From: an uncultured Oligoflexia bacterium
GTDB lineage: Bacteria > Bdellovibrionota > UBA1018 > UBA6935
Assembly: GCA_964013565.1 (NCBI GenBank)
Contig: CAXGWU010000012.1
Coordinates: 8,008 to 40,007, forward strand
Reading direction: 5' to 3'
Length of the DNA: 32,000 nt
Every line of letters starts with the position of its first letter. Position 1 is the first letter of the stretch. The translations under genes and the position numbers were made by a program. Positions 15,973 to 25,722 of the stretch are shown here, piece after piece. The notes below the pieces were generated by a model, which saw only the letters and a list, made by a program, of their open reading frames with translations, ran no database searches and was not told the DNA's origin.

Positions 15973-16383
15973 ATGAGTAAGCAATTTTTTGATAAAACAA
16001 TTGGTGCTTTAAATACGTCAATGAATTTGCGTATGTTAAATCAGAACGTTATTAGTAGTAATATTGCTAACTCTGAAACCCCAGGTTACAAACAAAAAAA
16101 GGTCGAATTTGAGAGAGCGTTTAGAGAAGCTCTAGGTACTGACGACCGATTAAAGATGGTTGACTCTGATGGATTTGAAATTGATAAATCAACGGATCCT
16201 GTTAAACCAGAAATTTTTGAAGATCCAAATGGTATAGAGTCGTTAGATGGAAATACCGTTAATCGTGCGGATCAAATGGCAAAATTACAAGAAAACCAGT
16301 TTCTATACAATGCATCAGTAGAGCTTTTAAAGAAAAAGCTTTCTATGTTGAAGTATGCAGTATCTAACGATGGAGGACGATAA
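15973..16383 (+). CDS. flgB: flagellar basal-body rod protein FlgB
   Basis: 136 aa with the N-terminal rod motif SSNIANSETPGYK. Position and size match, and TAATG overlaps flgC. Confidence 0.9.
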   Translation: MSKQFFDKTIGALNTSMNLRMLNQNVISSNIANSETPGYKQKKVEFERAFREALGTDDRLKMVDSDGFEIDKSTDPVKPEIFEDPNGIESLDGNTVNRADQMAKLQENQFLYNASVELLKKKLSMLKYAVSNDGGR

Positions 16384-16823
16384 TGGATTTTTTTTCTTCT
16401 ATGCGTGTTAGCGCAAGTGGCCTTGAAGCTCAAATGAAACGCATGAACACGATTTCGAGTAACATAGCGAACGCGGAAACGACACGGACATCTGATGGAG
16501 GACCATATAGAAGAAAAGATGTCGTTTTAGGAGCTATTGAAGATCGAGAGAGTTTTGATGAAATTCTTACTAATGAGTTGGATCAAAATGTACAAAAGGT
16601 CCAAGTAATGGAGATAGCGGAAGACGAAAAGCCTCCAAGACTTGTTTATAATCCTGATCATCCGGATGCAAACGAAAGAGGTTACGTCGCCATGCCAAAT
16701 GTCAATACTGTCTCTGAAATGGCTAATATGATTAGTGCTCAGAGGTCGTATGAAGCTAATATTACCGCAATTAATGCTGCAAAGAGTATGGCACAAAAAG
16801 CTTTAGAAATAGGTAACAATTAA
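16383..16823 (+). CDS. flgC: flagellar basal-body rod protein FlgC
   Basis: SSNIANAETTRT...GGPYRRK and the C-terminal SAQRSYEANITAINAAKSM motif. TAATG overlaps on both sides. Confidence 0.92.
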   Translation: MDFFSSMRVSASGLEAQMKRMNTISSNIANAETTRTSDGGPYRRKDVVLGAIEDRESFDEILTNELDQNVQKVQVMEIAEDEKPPRLVYNPDHPDANERGYVAMPNVNTVSEMANMISAQRSYEANITAINAAKSMAQKALEIGNN

Positions 16824-17155
16824 TGTCTAACTTAATGATAGAAAATTTATCTGGTGGAATGAGAACATTAGGAAATCGTGAACAGTTAGAGTTTTCATCC
16901 TCCTCAACTAAAAATAATAATCTTACAGAAACGGGAAAAAGTTTCGGAGATTTACTGTCAGAAAGTATCGAAAAAGTTAATATTCATCAGAAAGATGCAG
17001 ATGCAGCAATTGAAAAATTGGTCTCTGGAAGAACAAAAAATGTTCATGAGACAATGCTGGCAGTTGAGAAAGCAGAAGTGTCTCTTAAGTTAATGACTCA
17101 AGTGAGAAATAAAGTTTTAGAAGCGTATCGAGAAATTATGAGAATGCAAGTTTGA
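16823..17155 (+). CDS. fliE: flagellar hook-basal body complex protein FliE
   Basis: 110 aa with the C-terminal FliE signature VHETMLAVEKAEVSLKLMTQVRNKVLEAYREIMRMQV. Confidence 0.88.
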   Translation: MSNLMIENLSGGMRTLGNREQLEFSSSSTKNNNLTETGKSFGDLLSESIEKVNIHQKDADAAIEKLVSGRTKNVHETMLAVEKAEVSLKLMTQVRNKVLEAYREIMRMQV

Positions 17156-17171
17156 TTAAGCGAGGTTTAAA

Positions 17172-18845
17172 TTGTTAGAGTACTTTAAAAAAGTTGGAGT
17201 TCAGATCTTTGATTTTTTAGACAATTTGTCTGTTGTCAAAAAAGTTGCTGTTCTTGGAACATTGGTAGCTATTGCCGGTACGATAGCAGCGATGTTTCAC
17301 TGGGCAGGTCAAGAGTCATTTAAACCATTGATGACGAATCTCGCTCCAGATGACTCTGCTGCTATTATCCGAGTTTTGAGAGATAAAAATATTCCTTTTA
17401 GAGTTGAAGAAGGAGGTAAAAATATTTCAATTCCTCCCGAACGAGTATACGATCTTCGTTTAGAGTTAGCGACTCTCGGAATGCCTCAGTCTGGAGTTAT
17501 TGGATATGAAGTTTTTGATAAACAAGCTCTCGGAACAACGAGCTTTGTTCAAAAATTAAATAGAAAAAGGGCACTTGAAGGTGAACTTATTCGAACGATA
17601 AGAACAATTAAAGGCGTTAAAAGAGCTCGTGTTCATTTAGCCATTCCAAAAAAATCTGCTTTTTTAAGTGAATCAAAACCCCCGAGTGCTTCTGTGGTTG
17701 TAGATTTAGAGCCTGGATTTAAATTAAATGAAAAACAAATTCATGGTATCGGAGTGATGGTTTCTTCTGCTGTTTCAGGTCTTGAGATTTCAGCAGTAGC
17801 TATTGTTGATTCTTCTGGGAGACAACTCTCAAAAGCAACTCATGACCCTTTGGTGGCATTGAGTGCAACTCAACATGAATATAAGCGCAAAGTAGAAACA
17901 GATTTAGAAGATCGTGTAATTAGGCTACTCGAACCAATTGTTGGAGAAGGTCGTGTCGTGGCTCGTATTAGCACTGAAATAGATTTTTCAGAAATTGTAG
18001 AAGATCAAACAATTTATGACCCAGATGGAGCTGCTGTAAGTTCTCAGGAGAAACTTGATAATTCAGCGAATGGAGAACGGCCAAGTCCTGTTGGTGCAGC
18101 TGGTGCTACGGCAAATCTTCCTGGAGAAGATCCAGCAAATAATAATATCAAAACAAATACGACGAACGTTCGTTCAATAACAAATTATAGTGTTCCTAAG
18201 ACTGTAAAACGTACTCGTAAGCAAGTTGGGAAAGTAGAAAAAATATCTGTAGCAGTCGTTCTCGATAATCAACAAATTAAAGAGAAAGATAAAGATGGAA
18301 AAGTTCTCGCTAAGTCAGTCCCTTGGTCACCCGAAAAACTCTCTGAACTTCAAGGAATTATTTCAAAAGCCTTAGGATTAGATTCTAAAAGAGGAGATTC
18401 TATCGATTTGAAATCTATGAGTTTTACGCGTGAAGACTTTGAAGAGGCTCAAAGACTTATCGAAGAAAATGAGCGTAGAGATTATATCGAGAACTTAATT
18501 TTATATTCTGTTATTGGATTAATCATACTTTTATTCTTCTTCTTTGTAGTGAGACCATTCATCAAGTGGATTACTGAAAATACAATAGATAGTGTTGATT
18601 CTTTTTTACCTCAAACAATTGAAGAGCTAGAGAGAATGCAGAGAGAATCGAACTTACCTGGATTGGAAGAAGCAATGCCAGTGCTTCCAGAAAAAATTGA
18701 TCCAGATAAAGTTGAAGGTGAAATGATTAAAGAAAAGATTATTACTTTAGTTGATTCTAATCCATCTAAAGCAGCCCTTATTTTAAGAGACTGGGTGAAG
18801 ATCGAAAAGCCATCTAAAGACGAAGCTGATCAAGCAGGAGCATAA
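17172..18845 (+). CDS. fliF: flagellar MS-ring protein FliF
   Basis: 557 aa. TTG start with SD GAGG at 17163-17166. N-terminal TM, YscJ/FliF-like region (RALEGELIRTIRTIKGVKRARVHLAIPK), second TM near the C-terminus, acidic FliG-binding tail. Confidence 0.92.
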   Translation: MLEYFKKVGVQIFDFLDNLSVVKKVAVLGTLVAIAGTIAAMFHWAGQESFKPLMTNLAPDDSAAIIRVLRDKNIPFRVEEGGKNISIPPERVYDLRLELATLGMPQSGVIGYEVFDKQALGTTSFVQKLNRKRALEGELIRTIRTIKGVKRARVHLAIPKKSAFLSESKPPSASVVVDLEPGFKLNEKQIHGIGVMVSSAVSGLEISAVAIVDSSGRQLSKATHDPLVALSATQHEYKRKVETDLEDRVIRLLEPIVGEGRVVARISTEIDFSEIVEDQTIYDPDGAAVSSQEKLDNSANGERPSPVGAAGATANLPGEDPANNNIKTNTTNVRSITNYSVPKTVKRTRKQVGKVEKISVAVVLDNQQIKEKDKDGKVLAKSVPWSPEKLSELQGIISKALGLDSKRGDSIDLKSMSFTREDFEEAQRLIEENERRDYIENLILYSVIGLIILLFFFFVVRPFIKWITENTIDSVDSFLPQTIEELERMQRESNLPGLEEAMPVLPEKIDPDKVEGEMIKEKIITLVDSNPSKAALILRDWVKIEKPSKDEADQAGA

Positions 18846-18850
18846 GAACT

Positions 18851-19873
18851 ATGGGTGAAACAGAGTTTGAAAGTTATGAAGAATTATCAGGTCTTGAGCG
18901 TTCGGCACTGCTTTTAAATGTGCTTGGAAACCAAGTGACTTCTCAGATTTTTAAAAATATGAGAGACAACGATGTAAAAAGACTTGTTAATGCTATGGGA
19001 AATGTAACCAAAGTTCCGATTACGCAAGTCAAACAAGTTCTTGAAGATTTTTATCATGAAATTTCTGAAGAAGATACTTTGATTTTTGGTCATGCACAAG
19101 GAAGGGACTTTATTCTTGAAACACTAGGCGAAGAAAGAGCAAAAACAGTTCTTGGTCAGTTATCTGTTCTAGAAGGTAGTCGAACATTAGAAGCACTAGA
19201 ATTAGTAGACTCAAGAACATTAGCAAACTTTTTGGTCAATGAACATCCTCAAACAATTGCATTGATATTGGCTCATTTAGATGGACAAAAGAAATGTGAC
19301 GTTCTGAAGAGATTGCCAGAAGCTATTCAAACAGAGGTTGTTCTAAGAATTTCAAATCTTGATTATATTTCACCAACTCTCATTGCTCAGGTTGATGATG
19401 TATTAAAGCAAGAGTTAGCTACGCTTGGATCAATTGATACACAACAATTGGGTGGAGTTTCTCCGATTGCCGAGATGTTAAATGTGATGGATAAAAACAG
19501 TGAGCAAAACATTATGGCTCGAGTTGAAGAAAAAGATCCACAGTTAGCAGAGGAAATTAGGAAATTAATGTTTGTCTTTGAAGATATTATCTTTGTGGAT
19601 GATAGAGGAATGCAGACCTTACTTAAGGATGTACCTAACGATAAGCTAGTTTTAGCTCTTAAGTCTGCTCCACAAGAAATTAAAGATAAAATATTTAAGA
19701 ATATATCTAAAAGGGCGGCAGACATGTTGAAAGAAGATCTAGAGGCAATGGGACCTGTAAGACTTTCTGATGTTGAAACTGCACAACAGGAAATTGTAAA
19801 TGTTGCCAAACGATTAGAGGCTGAAGGAAAAATAATCATTAGTAGAGGTGGCGAAGGAGACGCTCTTGTCTAG
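18851..19873 (+). CDS. fliG: flagellar motor switch protein FliG
   Basis: 340 aa with LSGLERSALLL, EHPQTIALILAHL, MFVFEDI and the C-terminal torque-helix region (AADMLKEDLEAMGPVRLSDVETAQQEIV). Confidence 0.95.
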   Translation: MGETEFESYEELSGLERSALLLNVLGNQVTSQIFKNMRDNDVKRLVNAMGNVTKVPITQVKQVLEDFYHEISEEDTLIFGHAQGRDFILETLGEERAKTVLGQLSVLEGSRTLEALELVDSRTLANFLVNEHPQTIALILAHLDGQKKCDVLKRLPEAIQTEVVLRISNLDYISPTLIAQVDDVLKQELATLGSIDTQQLGGVSPIAEMLNVMDKNSEQNIMARVEEKDPQLAEEIRKLMFVFEDIIFVDDRGMQTLLKDVPNDKLVLALKSAPQEIKDKIFKNISKRAADMLKEDLEAMGPVRLSDVETAQQEIVNVAKRLEAEGKIIISRGGEGDALV

Positions 19874-20732
19874 TAAATTTAATAACGTACAGCTCGAGAT
19901 TGAAAATGAACCATGTGTTCAAGAGTATGAAGTAAAGAATCTAGATTTTTCTGGAAATGTTGAAATTGAAGAATTTGAATTACAAAAACTTCGTGAACAA
20001 GGGAGGGGAGGCTATGAAAATATTCGTAAAAAATTTGGACCCATAGCCGCTTCAGATCCGGAAAGAGTAATAAAAGGTAAGAAAGCTAGTCGATTCAAAA
20101 TGAGTAAATTATTAAGAAACTCATTAGATGTCGAAGATGAAGAAAAAAAATATTTAGATAAGAAGGTAAAAGATCAAATCGGACTTATCAAACAACAAGC
20201 GGTCTCTCAGTCTAAAATTGAAGGTTTTGAAAAGGGTTTCGAATCTGGAAAAGTAGAAGCAATTAAAGAATTCCAAGAAGCAAATAAAGAAACGATAGAT
20301 AGAATTAATAACTTTGTTAATGCTATTGAACACTCTAAAGATTTAATTTATCAAGAAAATGAAAAATTTTTAATCGATTTAATTTTTAAAGTATCAAAAA
20401 TGATTTTATTAAAAGAGTTGGAAACTGATCGTGAGTTCATCCAGAGAGTTTGTCATGAATTAGTTACTAGAGTTAATGTTAAAGACTTCATAAAAGTTAA
20501 AGTTAATCCTGACGATGAAAAAGAATTAGAGGTTTTGTCTGAGGCTCTAAATAAAGACTTTAAGGATATTGAAAATATCACATTAGAAATAAGTGACGAT
20601 ATAGATCGATATGATGTCATTGTAGAAACGAAACTCAATGCAATTGAATCTCGTATAGATGATGAACTCAATCGAATTAGAAATTCAGTATTAGGAATTA
20701 CGGAAAATCGTTCAGAGGAAGATGTTGAGTGA
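19848..20732 (+). CDS. fliH: flagellar export-apparatus protein FliH
   Basis: Lies between fliG and fliI. FliH-like central/C-terminal pattern (GFEKGFESGK...FLIDLIFKVSKMILLKELETD...VKVNPDD...). The track start is GTG at 19848 and an alternative is TTG at 19866. The stop overlaps the fliI GTG (GTGA). Confidence 0.75.
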   Translation: MAKETLLSSKFNNVQLEIENEPCVQEYEVKNLDFSGNVEIEEFELQKLREQGRGGYENIRKKFGPIAASDPERVIKGKKASRFKMSKLLRNSLDVEDEEKKYLDKKVKDQIGLIKQQAVSQSKIEGFEKGFESGKVEAIKEFQEANKETIDRINNFVNAIEHSKDLIYQENEKFLIDLIFKVSKMILLKELETDREFIQRVCHELVTRVNVKDFIKVKVNPDDEKELEVLSEALNKDFKDIENITLEISDDIDRYDVIVETKLNAIESRIDDELNRIRNSVLGITENRSEEDVE

Positions 20733-22135
20733 ATTATAAGGAAATTAATAAAAGACTCAGTCAGGCTTTAATCTATAAAGAAGCAGGAAAAATTACTAAA
20801 GTCGTGGGTCTTTTATATGAGGCTTACTTACCAGGTGCTGCGGTTGGTAGTCGCTGTAGAGTTTATCCATCAGGAGAAGTTTCTAGTGAATCTATAGAAG
20901 CGGAAGTTGTTGGCTTTAAAGATAATCGAGTACTATTAATGCCTTTTCGTGAAATACAGGGTGTAAATACAGATTCGTTAGTAGTTTTAAAGCAAAGGTC
21001 CAGTTCGGTGAATGTTAGTAGTTCCTTGTTGGGGCGGGTAATTGATGCAACGGGACGCCCTTTAGATTTTAAAGGCCCTATCGTACATGAATCTAAAGAA
21101 ATGGAAGCCAGAAATTTGTATCAACCGACTCTAAATCCTGTCACACGAACTCTGATACGAGAACCGTTGGATTTAGGTGTACGGGCGATTAATAGCTTAC
21201 TCACTTGTGGAAAAGGTCAGCGTGTTGGAATTATGGCTGGGTCAGGAGTCGGTAAGTCAGTTCTTCTTGGAATGATGGCAAAAAATACAGCTGCAGATAT
21301 TAACGTAATCGCATTAATTGGCGAACGAGGTAGAGAAGTTCGTGAGTTTATTGAAAATGAACTAGGGGAAGAGGGAATGAAGAGATCTGTGGTGGTGGTA
21401 GCTACCTCTGATCAATCTCCTTTAGTTCGTATGCGAGGAGCGTTTTTAGCGACTTCTATTGCAGAGTATTTTAGGGATCGAGATAAAAGTGTATTGCTTC
21501 TGATGGACTCAGTTACTCGATTTTGTATGGCTCAAAGGGAAATTGGACTTTCTATGGGTGAGCCACCTGCCTCTAAGGGGTACACGCCAAGTGTTTTTTC
21601 TACACTGCCCAAGCTACTCGAGAGAGCTGGTACGAATTCTGGAAAAGGCAGTATTACGGGGCTCTATACTGTACTTGTTGAAGGTGACGATATGGATGAT
21701 CCGATCGCAGATTCGGCTAGATCTATTTTAGATGGTCATATTGTGCTCACTAGAAAATTAGCTCAAAAAAATCATTTTCCGGCAATTGATGTTTTAAGTA
21801 GTGCTAGTAGGGTAATGAATTCTGTCATTTCAGAAGAACATGCACAATTGGCAGCTAAAATAAGAGAATGGAAATCAATTTATGAAAGTTCAGAGGATTT
21901 AATTAATATTGGAGCCTATGTAAAAGGAACCAACGCTGAAATTGATAAAGCTATTTTAGTTAAAGATAAAATTACAAAAATGTTGAGACAAGGAATTAAT
22001 GAAAAAAGTACTTTAACTGATTCAATTGCTTCTATGAGATCAATTCAGCGTTTTGCTGAGGCACATTCTGCCGACTCAGGTGGTGAGATGTCAGCAGTAA
22101 ATTCCTATGACAATCCAGATTCTGCTTATATCTAG
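20729..22135 (+). CDS. fliI: flagellum-specific ATPase FliI
   Basis: F1/T3SS-ATPase motifs: Walker A GSGVGKS, Walker B VLLLMDSVTR and GSITGLYTVLVEGDDMDDPIAD. GTG start. Confidence 0.95.
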   Translation: MNYKEINKRLSQALIYKEAGKITKVVGLLYEAYLPGAAVGSRCRVYPSGEVSSESIEAEVVGFKDNRVLLMPFREIQGVNTDSLVVLKQRSSSVNVSSSLLGRVIDATGRPLDFKGPIVHESKEMEARNLYQPTLNPVTRTLIREPLDLGVRAINSLLTCGKGQRVGIMAGSGVGKSVLLGMMAKNTAADINVIALIGERGREVREFIENELGEEGMKRSVVVVATSDQSPLVRMRGAFLATSIAEYFRDRDKSVLLLMDSVTRFCMAQREIGLSMGEPPASKGYTPSVFSTLPKLLERAGTNSGKGSITGLYTVLVEGDDMDDPIADSARSILDGHIVLTRKLAQKNHFPAIDVLSSASRVMNSVISEEHAQLAAKIREWKSIYESSEDLINIGAYVKGTNAEIDKAILVKDKITKMLRQGINEKSTLTDSIASMRSIQRFAEAHSADSGGEMSAVNSYDNPDSAYI

Positions 22136-22186
22136 GTATTTTATTCAGTCTTTTTTTTTAAAATAAAATAAGTAAAACTAAATGAG

Positions 22187-22636
22187 ATGAAAAAGTTTAA
22201 ATTTCGATTTTCAGCAGTAGAGAAAATAAGAATTACTCAAGAAAAAGAAGCATTAAAAAAATTAGCTGATGCTCAGAAGAAATTTTATGATTTGGTAGCA
22301 ATAAAAGATAAGTATCGAGATGAAATATCTCAATCGTATGAAAGAAAAAAAACAATAGAAAAAAGAGACTTTAATTCTTCTGAAATTTATTTGGAAGAGA
22401 CTTTTGTATTAGGAAATAAGTATCGTTCATTAATTAATGACTTTTCAATTGAAAAAGCTAATAAAGTACTAAGAAATAAAATGACTGAATTTATTGAATG
22501 CAGACAAAAAAAAGAAATGATTCAAAAAATAAAAGAGAAAGATAAAGAGAATTTTAATATTCAGGTCACGAAAAAAGAACAAAAAGAAGTGGATGATATC
22601 AATGTAATGAGGAGAAAGATGAGGGAATTATTTTGA
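22187..22636 (+). CDS. fliJ: flagellar export chaperone FliJ
   Basis: 149-aa all-helical K/E-rich protein directly after fliI. The N-terminus KFKFRFSAVEKIRITQEKEA is typical of FliJ. Confidence 0.7.
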   Translation: MKKFKFRFSAVEKIRITQEKEALKKLADAQKKFYDLVAIKDKYRDEISQSYERKKTIEKRDFNSSEIYLEETFVLGNKYRSLINDFSIEKANKVLRNKMTEFIECRQKKEMIQKIKEKDKENFNIQVTKKEQKEVDDINVMRRKMRELF

Positions 22637-23238
22637 AAAAATTCCTCTTCACCTCATTTATGATTTTTTTCTTATTTTCTAAGGTGTCGGCAGAGAATGC
22701 CTATTCATTAAAGAAAATGTCTAGTGAAAAAAAAGAAGAAGCTTGTATAATTAGTGAAGAGGCCATTTCTGATTTTAAAGAAAAAAAAGAAGAAGTTTTA
22801 AAGTTAAAAAAACAAATTGAAGAAAAAGAAAAAGAATTAGCTGATAGAGAAAAAGTAATTACAGAAGAAATGAATAAACTTGAGGAATTAAGAAAAACGA
22901 TAGAAGGCATTTCTGAAGTTAAGAAAAAAGAATCAGAAAGCAGAATAGCGAAATTAGTTGAAACAGTAGAAAAGATGTCTCCGAAGTCTGCAGGAAAGCT
23001 TTTAGCATCGGTTGATTTAGGTTTAGCTGTAGAAGTAAGTAAAAGAATGGATACAGTGAAGCTAGCAAAAATTTTAAACGGTGTTGACGCAAGCAAGGTG
23101 GCTAAAATATCCGAAAGATTGACTCTTTGGAGAGTAAAAAAAGAGAAAGAAAAAGAAAAGAAAAAAGAAACTAAGAAAGGAGGTGAGCATGCAAGTTACA
23201 TCTACATTAATAGCAAAAAACTTAAATCAAAATCTTAA
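22633..23238 (+). CDS. YlxF/MotE-family flagellar protein (signal peptide, coiled coil, MgtE_N-like domain)
   Basis: TTG start overlapping the fliJ stop. Signal peptide MKKFLFTSFMIFFLFSKVSA. K/E coiled coil. MgtE_N-like segment KMSPKSAGKLLASVDLGLAVEVSKRMDTVKLAKILNGVDASKVAKISERL. Same position as ylxF in the B. subtilis fla/che operon. Confidence 0.6.
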   Translation: MKKFLFTSFMIFFLFSKVSAENAYSLKKMSSEKKEEACIISEEAISDFKEKKEEVLKLKKQIEEKEKELADREKVITEEMNKLEELRKTIEGISEVKKKESESRIAKLVETVEKMSPKSAGKLLASVDLGLAVEVSKRMDTVKLAKILNGVDASKVAKISERLTLWRVKKEKEKEKKKETKKGGEHASYIYINSKKLKSKS

Positions 23239-24667
23239 AGACAAATCACCTTCTGTTTCTAATGATTTGGATTTTGGAAATGAACTAGAAGAGGCAAAGA
23301 CTGATTTAGATGAAGAAAGTGCAGTAGATATTCCGTTGGGATTAGTTTCTTCTGAAGAAGATAAAAATTTTTTAGTGAAGTCAAATATAAATAAACCAGC
23401 TTCTCAAAATGAAGGTTTCGTTGTTTTTAATAATAAAGATGCAGTTAGTCATTCGTCTCCAGCGAGTTCTTTAAATCAAGCAGAGATTAAAAATTTAAAT
23501 TTTAAAGATTACTCCAACTTAAATTTAAATGAAGCGAATAATGTAGATAAAAACAAAATAACTAATGCTATTACAGAAGAAAATATCACATTGAGTGAGA
23601 AAAATAATAAGAATTTAAGTAAAATTGATCTATCTTCTAATAAAATTAGTTTAAATTCATTTCCAGAAAGCAATGTTTCTTCAGGGGTTTTGAATCCTTT
23701 TCAAAAACAGTCTCTAAAAACAAATTCGAAAATAAATAGATCCTCTTCTTTGCTTCAAAATAAAATTGATTCTATGAATGGAGAATTTTTAACTAATGAT
23801 AGCGATTCAAAAAATCCTATTGATTTAGTAACGAACAAAAACAATCTCCCTAAACAGTTTACCAGTCATGAGTATCTTGATTTAAAGAACGAATTAACAG
23901 AGCAGAATCTGAAAAATAAAAATATGAGTTTAACTAAATCTTCAGAATCTAGTATACAACAAAAAACAAATGAATTTTTAAAAGACAATTTTGTAAATCA
24001 AAAAAATAATTTAGATTATTCATCACAAAACATCGTTCCATTGAATCAAGTTTTTTCTCATAGAAACTCTCTTCAAACAATGAAACCTGTGGAAGTTACT
24101 GGTCATGTTACTTTAGGTTCTGGAGCTAAATCTCAGTTTACTCGAGAATCGGTAATTAATGTATCAAATCAACTTAAACAACTTGCATCTCAAGGTGGAG
24201 GCAAAATGAAAATTAAGTTGAATCCAGTAGAACTGGGTGAGCTCAATTTAAAAGTTGAAACTAAAGGAAGTCAAGTTGCTTTGAGTATTCAAGCTGCTGA
24301 TCAATCAGCAACAAAAGCTCTAAGAGAAAGTATAAGTAATTTAGAAGAACAGTTGAAGAAACATGATTTAAACTTAGGAAGTGTCGAATTAACTACTTTT
24401 TCTGATAAGTCTCAGTCTGTACCATTTGCAATAGGCTCTCATTTGGGAGATCAATTTAATTCAAATTTAGATCAAGGTAATTACTCCCAGCAGGAACATG
24501 TTTCAGACGGTTTTTTCTATAATGATCAATCAAGTTCTAGAGGACAATCAGAAAGATTTGATTCTTTAGGTTCGAATAAATCAATTCAAGCTAGCCCGCT
24601 AAGGGTTGAATCAGAATCTAAAAGTCATTCAAATGTCGTTAATGGTAGATTGGATGTTAGGGTTTAA
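23189..24667 (+). CDS. fliK: flagellar hook-length control protein FliK
   Basis: C-terminal Flg_hook-type domain (KMKIKLNPVELGELNLKVETKGSQVALSIQAADQSATKALRESISNLEEQLKKHDLNLGSVEL). The N-terminal ~300 aa are an N/S/K-rich low-complexity ruler. ATG 23189 is preferred over the track's GTG 23183 because GGAGG at 23179-23183 lies 5 nt upstream. Confidence 0.8.
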   Translation: MQVTSTLIAKNLNQNLKDKSPSVSNDLDFGNELEEAKTDLDEESAVDIPLGLVSSEEDKNFLVKSNINKPASQNEGFVVFNNKDAVSHSSPASSLNQAEIKNLNFKDYSNLNLNEANNVDKNKITNAITEENITLSEKNNKNLSKIDLSSNKISLNSFPESNVSSGVLNPFQKQSLKTNSKINRSSSLLQNKIDSMNGEFLTNDSDSKNPIDLVTNKNNLPKQFTSHEYLDLKNELTEQNLKNKNMSLTKSSESSIQQKTNEFLKDNFVNQKNNLDYSSQNIVPLNQVFSHRNSLQTMKPVEVTGHVTLGSGAKSQFTRESVINVSNQLKQLASQGGGKMKIKLNPVELGELNLKVETKGSQVALSIQAADQSATKALRESISNLEEQLKKHDLNLGSVELTTFSDKSQSVPFAIGSHLGDQFNSNLDQGNYSQQEHVSDGFFYNDQSSSRGQSERFDSLGSNKSIQASPLRVESESKSHSNVVNGRLDVRV

Positions 24668-24684
24668 AGGTAGGGTAAAATAGG

Positions 24685-25722
24685 ATGAATGTATCAAATT
24701 CAAAATCTTTAGCTACTGGACAGACTCAAATTGATTCTGTGAAGACATCTCAAAATCAGGGAGAAAATAAGGTTTGGCAAGGATTGCAGGCAAAGTATGG
24801 TGCTAAACCTAAAAAACAAAGAGAGATAAAGAAAAGCTTAGATAAAGATGATTTCATGAGAATCATGATTGAGCAAATGAAGCATCAAGATCCAACTAAA
24901 CCATTTGAAACAGATAAACTTGCTGCAGAAATTGCTCAAATTACTTCAGTAGAGCAGTTGTCAAATGTAAATAAAGTATTAGATAAATTATCTACACAAA
25001 ATCGTCCATTAGAACAAATGACGATGACTAATTTAATTGGAAAAACTGTTACTATAGATCAAGGAAAATTTGCTCACAAATCTGACAGCCGAGAATCTTT
25101 AAATTTTACTCTTAATCAAGATGCAAAAAAAGTAAAAGCAACAATAATTGGAATGAATGGGGAGCTTGTTGCGGAGGCTGATTTAGGTGAGTTAAAGGCT
25201 GGAAGTAATAAATTTAATTGGGATGGATTAAATAAAAGTAGGCTTCCACAAAAAGCAGGAGACTTTCTTCTTCGTATAGAGGCTTTTGATGAAAAAGATC
25301 GAAGAATCGATACAAGTACGGTATCAAATGCAAAAGTGATTGGTGTAAGTTATGACGGCCCAGAGCCGGTCTATTTGGTGGGAGATGCTAATCATCAGTC
25401 TAGAATACAAATGAAGAATATTATTAGTATTTTAGATATTAATCCTGAACAAATTAAAAGAGACGCCCCTAAAAGTGGGAAATCTTTTTTTACTTTTGAA
25501 AAAGGAGTTGGATCAAAGCCATTAAGTAAAAAACAAGAAAAAGTGATAAATGATTTGATTCATTCAAAAAATGAAAATCAGAATAATAAGAATACAAATT
25601 TAAAATTAAATAAAGTGAATAATGTAGAGTCAGGTTTTCCAAATGGTCTAAAAGAGTTTAATTTAGAAAAGATTCCAAATGCAAATTTAAATAAAAATAT
25701 AAAAAGGAGTTCTAATGGTTAA
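24685..25722 (+). CDS. flgD: flagellar hook-capping/assembly protein FlgD with an N/K-rich C-terminal extension
   Basis: FlgD N-terminal motif DKDDFMRIMIEQMKHQDPTKPFETDKLAAEIAQITSVEQ and a FlgD Ig-like middle part (GSNKFNWDGLN...). About 100 extra C-terminal residues. Confidence 0.9.
   Translation: MNVSNSKSLATGQTQIDSVKTSQNQGENKVWQGLQAKYGAKPKKQREIKKSLDKDDFMRIMIEQMKHQDPTKPFETDKLAAEIAQITSVEQLSNVNKVLDKLSTQNRPLEQMTMTNLIGKTVTIDQGKFAHKSDSRESLNFTLNQDAKKVKATIIGMNGELVAEADLGELKAGSNKFNWDGLNKSRLPQKAGDFLLRIEAFDEKDRRIDTSTVSNAKVIGVSYDGPEPVYLVGDANHQSRIQMKNIISILDINPEQIKRDAPKSGKSFFTFEKGVGSKPLSKKQEKVINDLIHSKNENQNNKNTNLKLNKVNNVESGFPNGLKEFNLEKIPNANLNKNIKRSSNG

Noticed and set aside
19387-19839. 150-aa ORF antisense to fliG
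   Set aside because: It lies entirely inside a confidently identified gene on the other strand. The S/I/C-rich low-complexity translation is typical of the mirror frame of an AT-rich, K/E-rich gene. It has no SD and no recognisable motif.
22701-23096. 131-aa ORF antisense to the ylxF/MotE-like gene
   Set aside because: It is the mirror image of GAA/AAA-rich coding sequence (F/S/L-rich product). There is no independent support.
23100-23180. GAAAAAGAAAAG-type repeats
   Set aside because: This is a coding K/E low-complexity tail of the ylxF/MotE-like protein, not a DNA repeat element.
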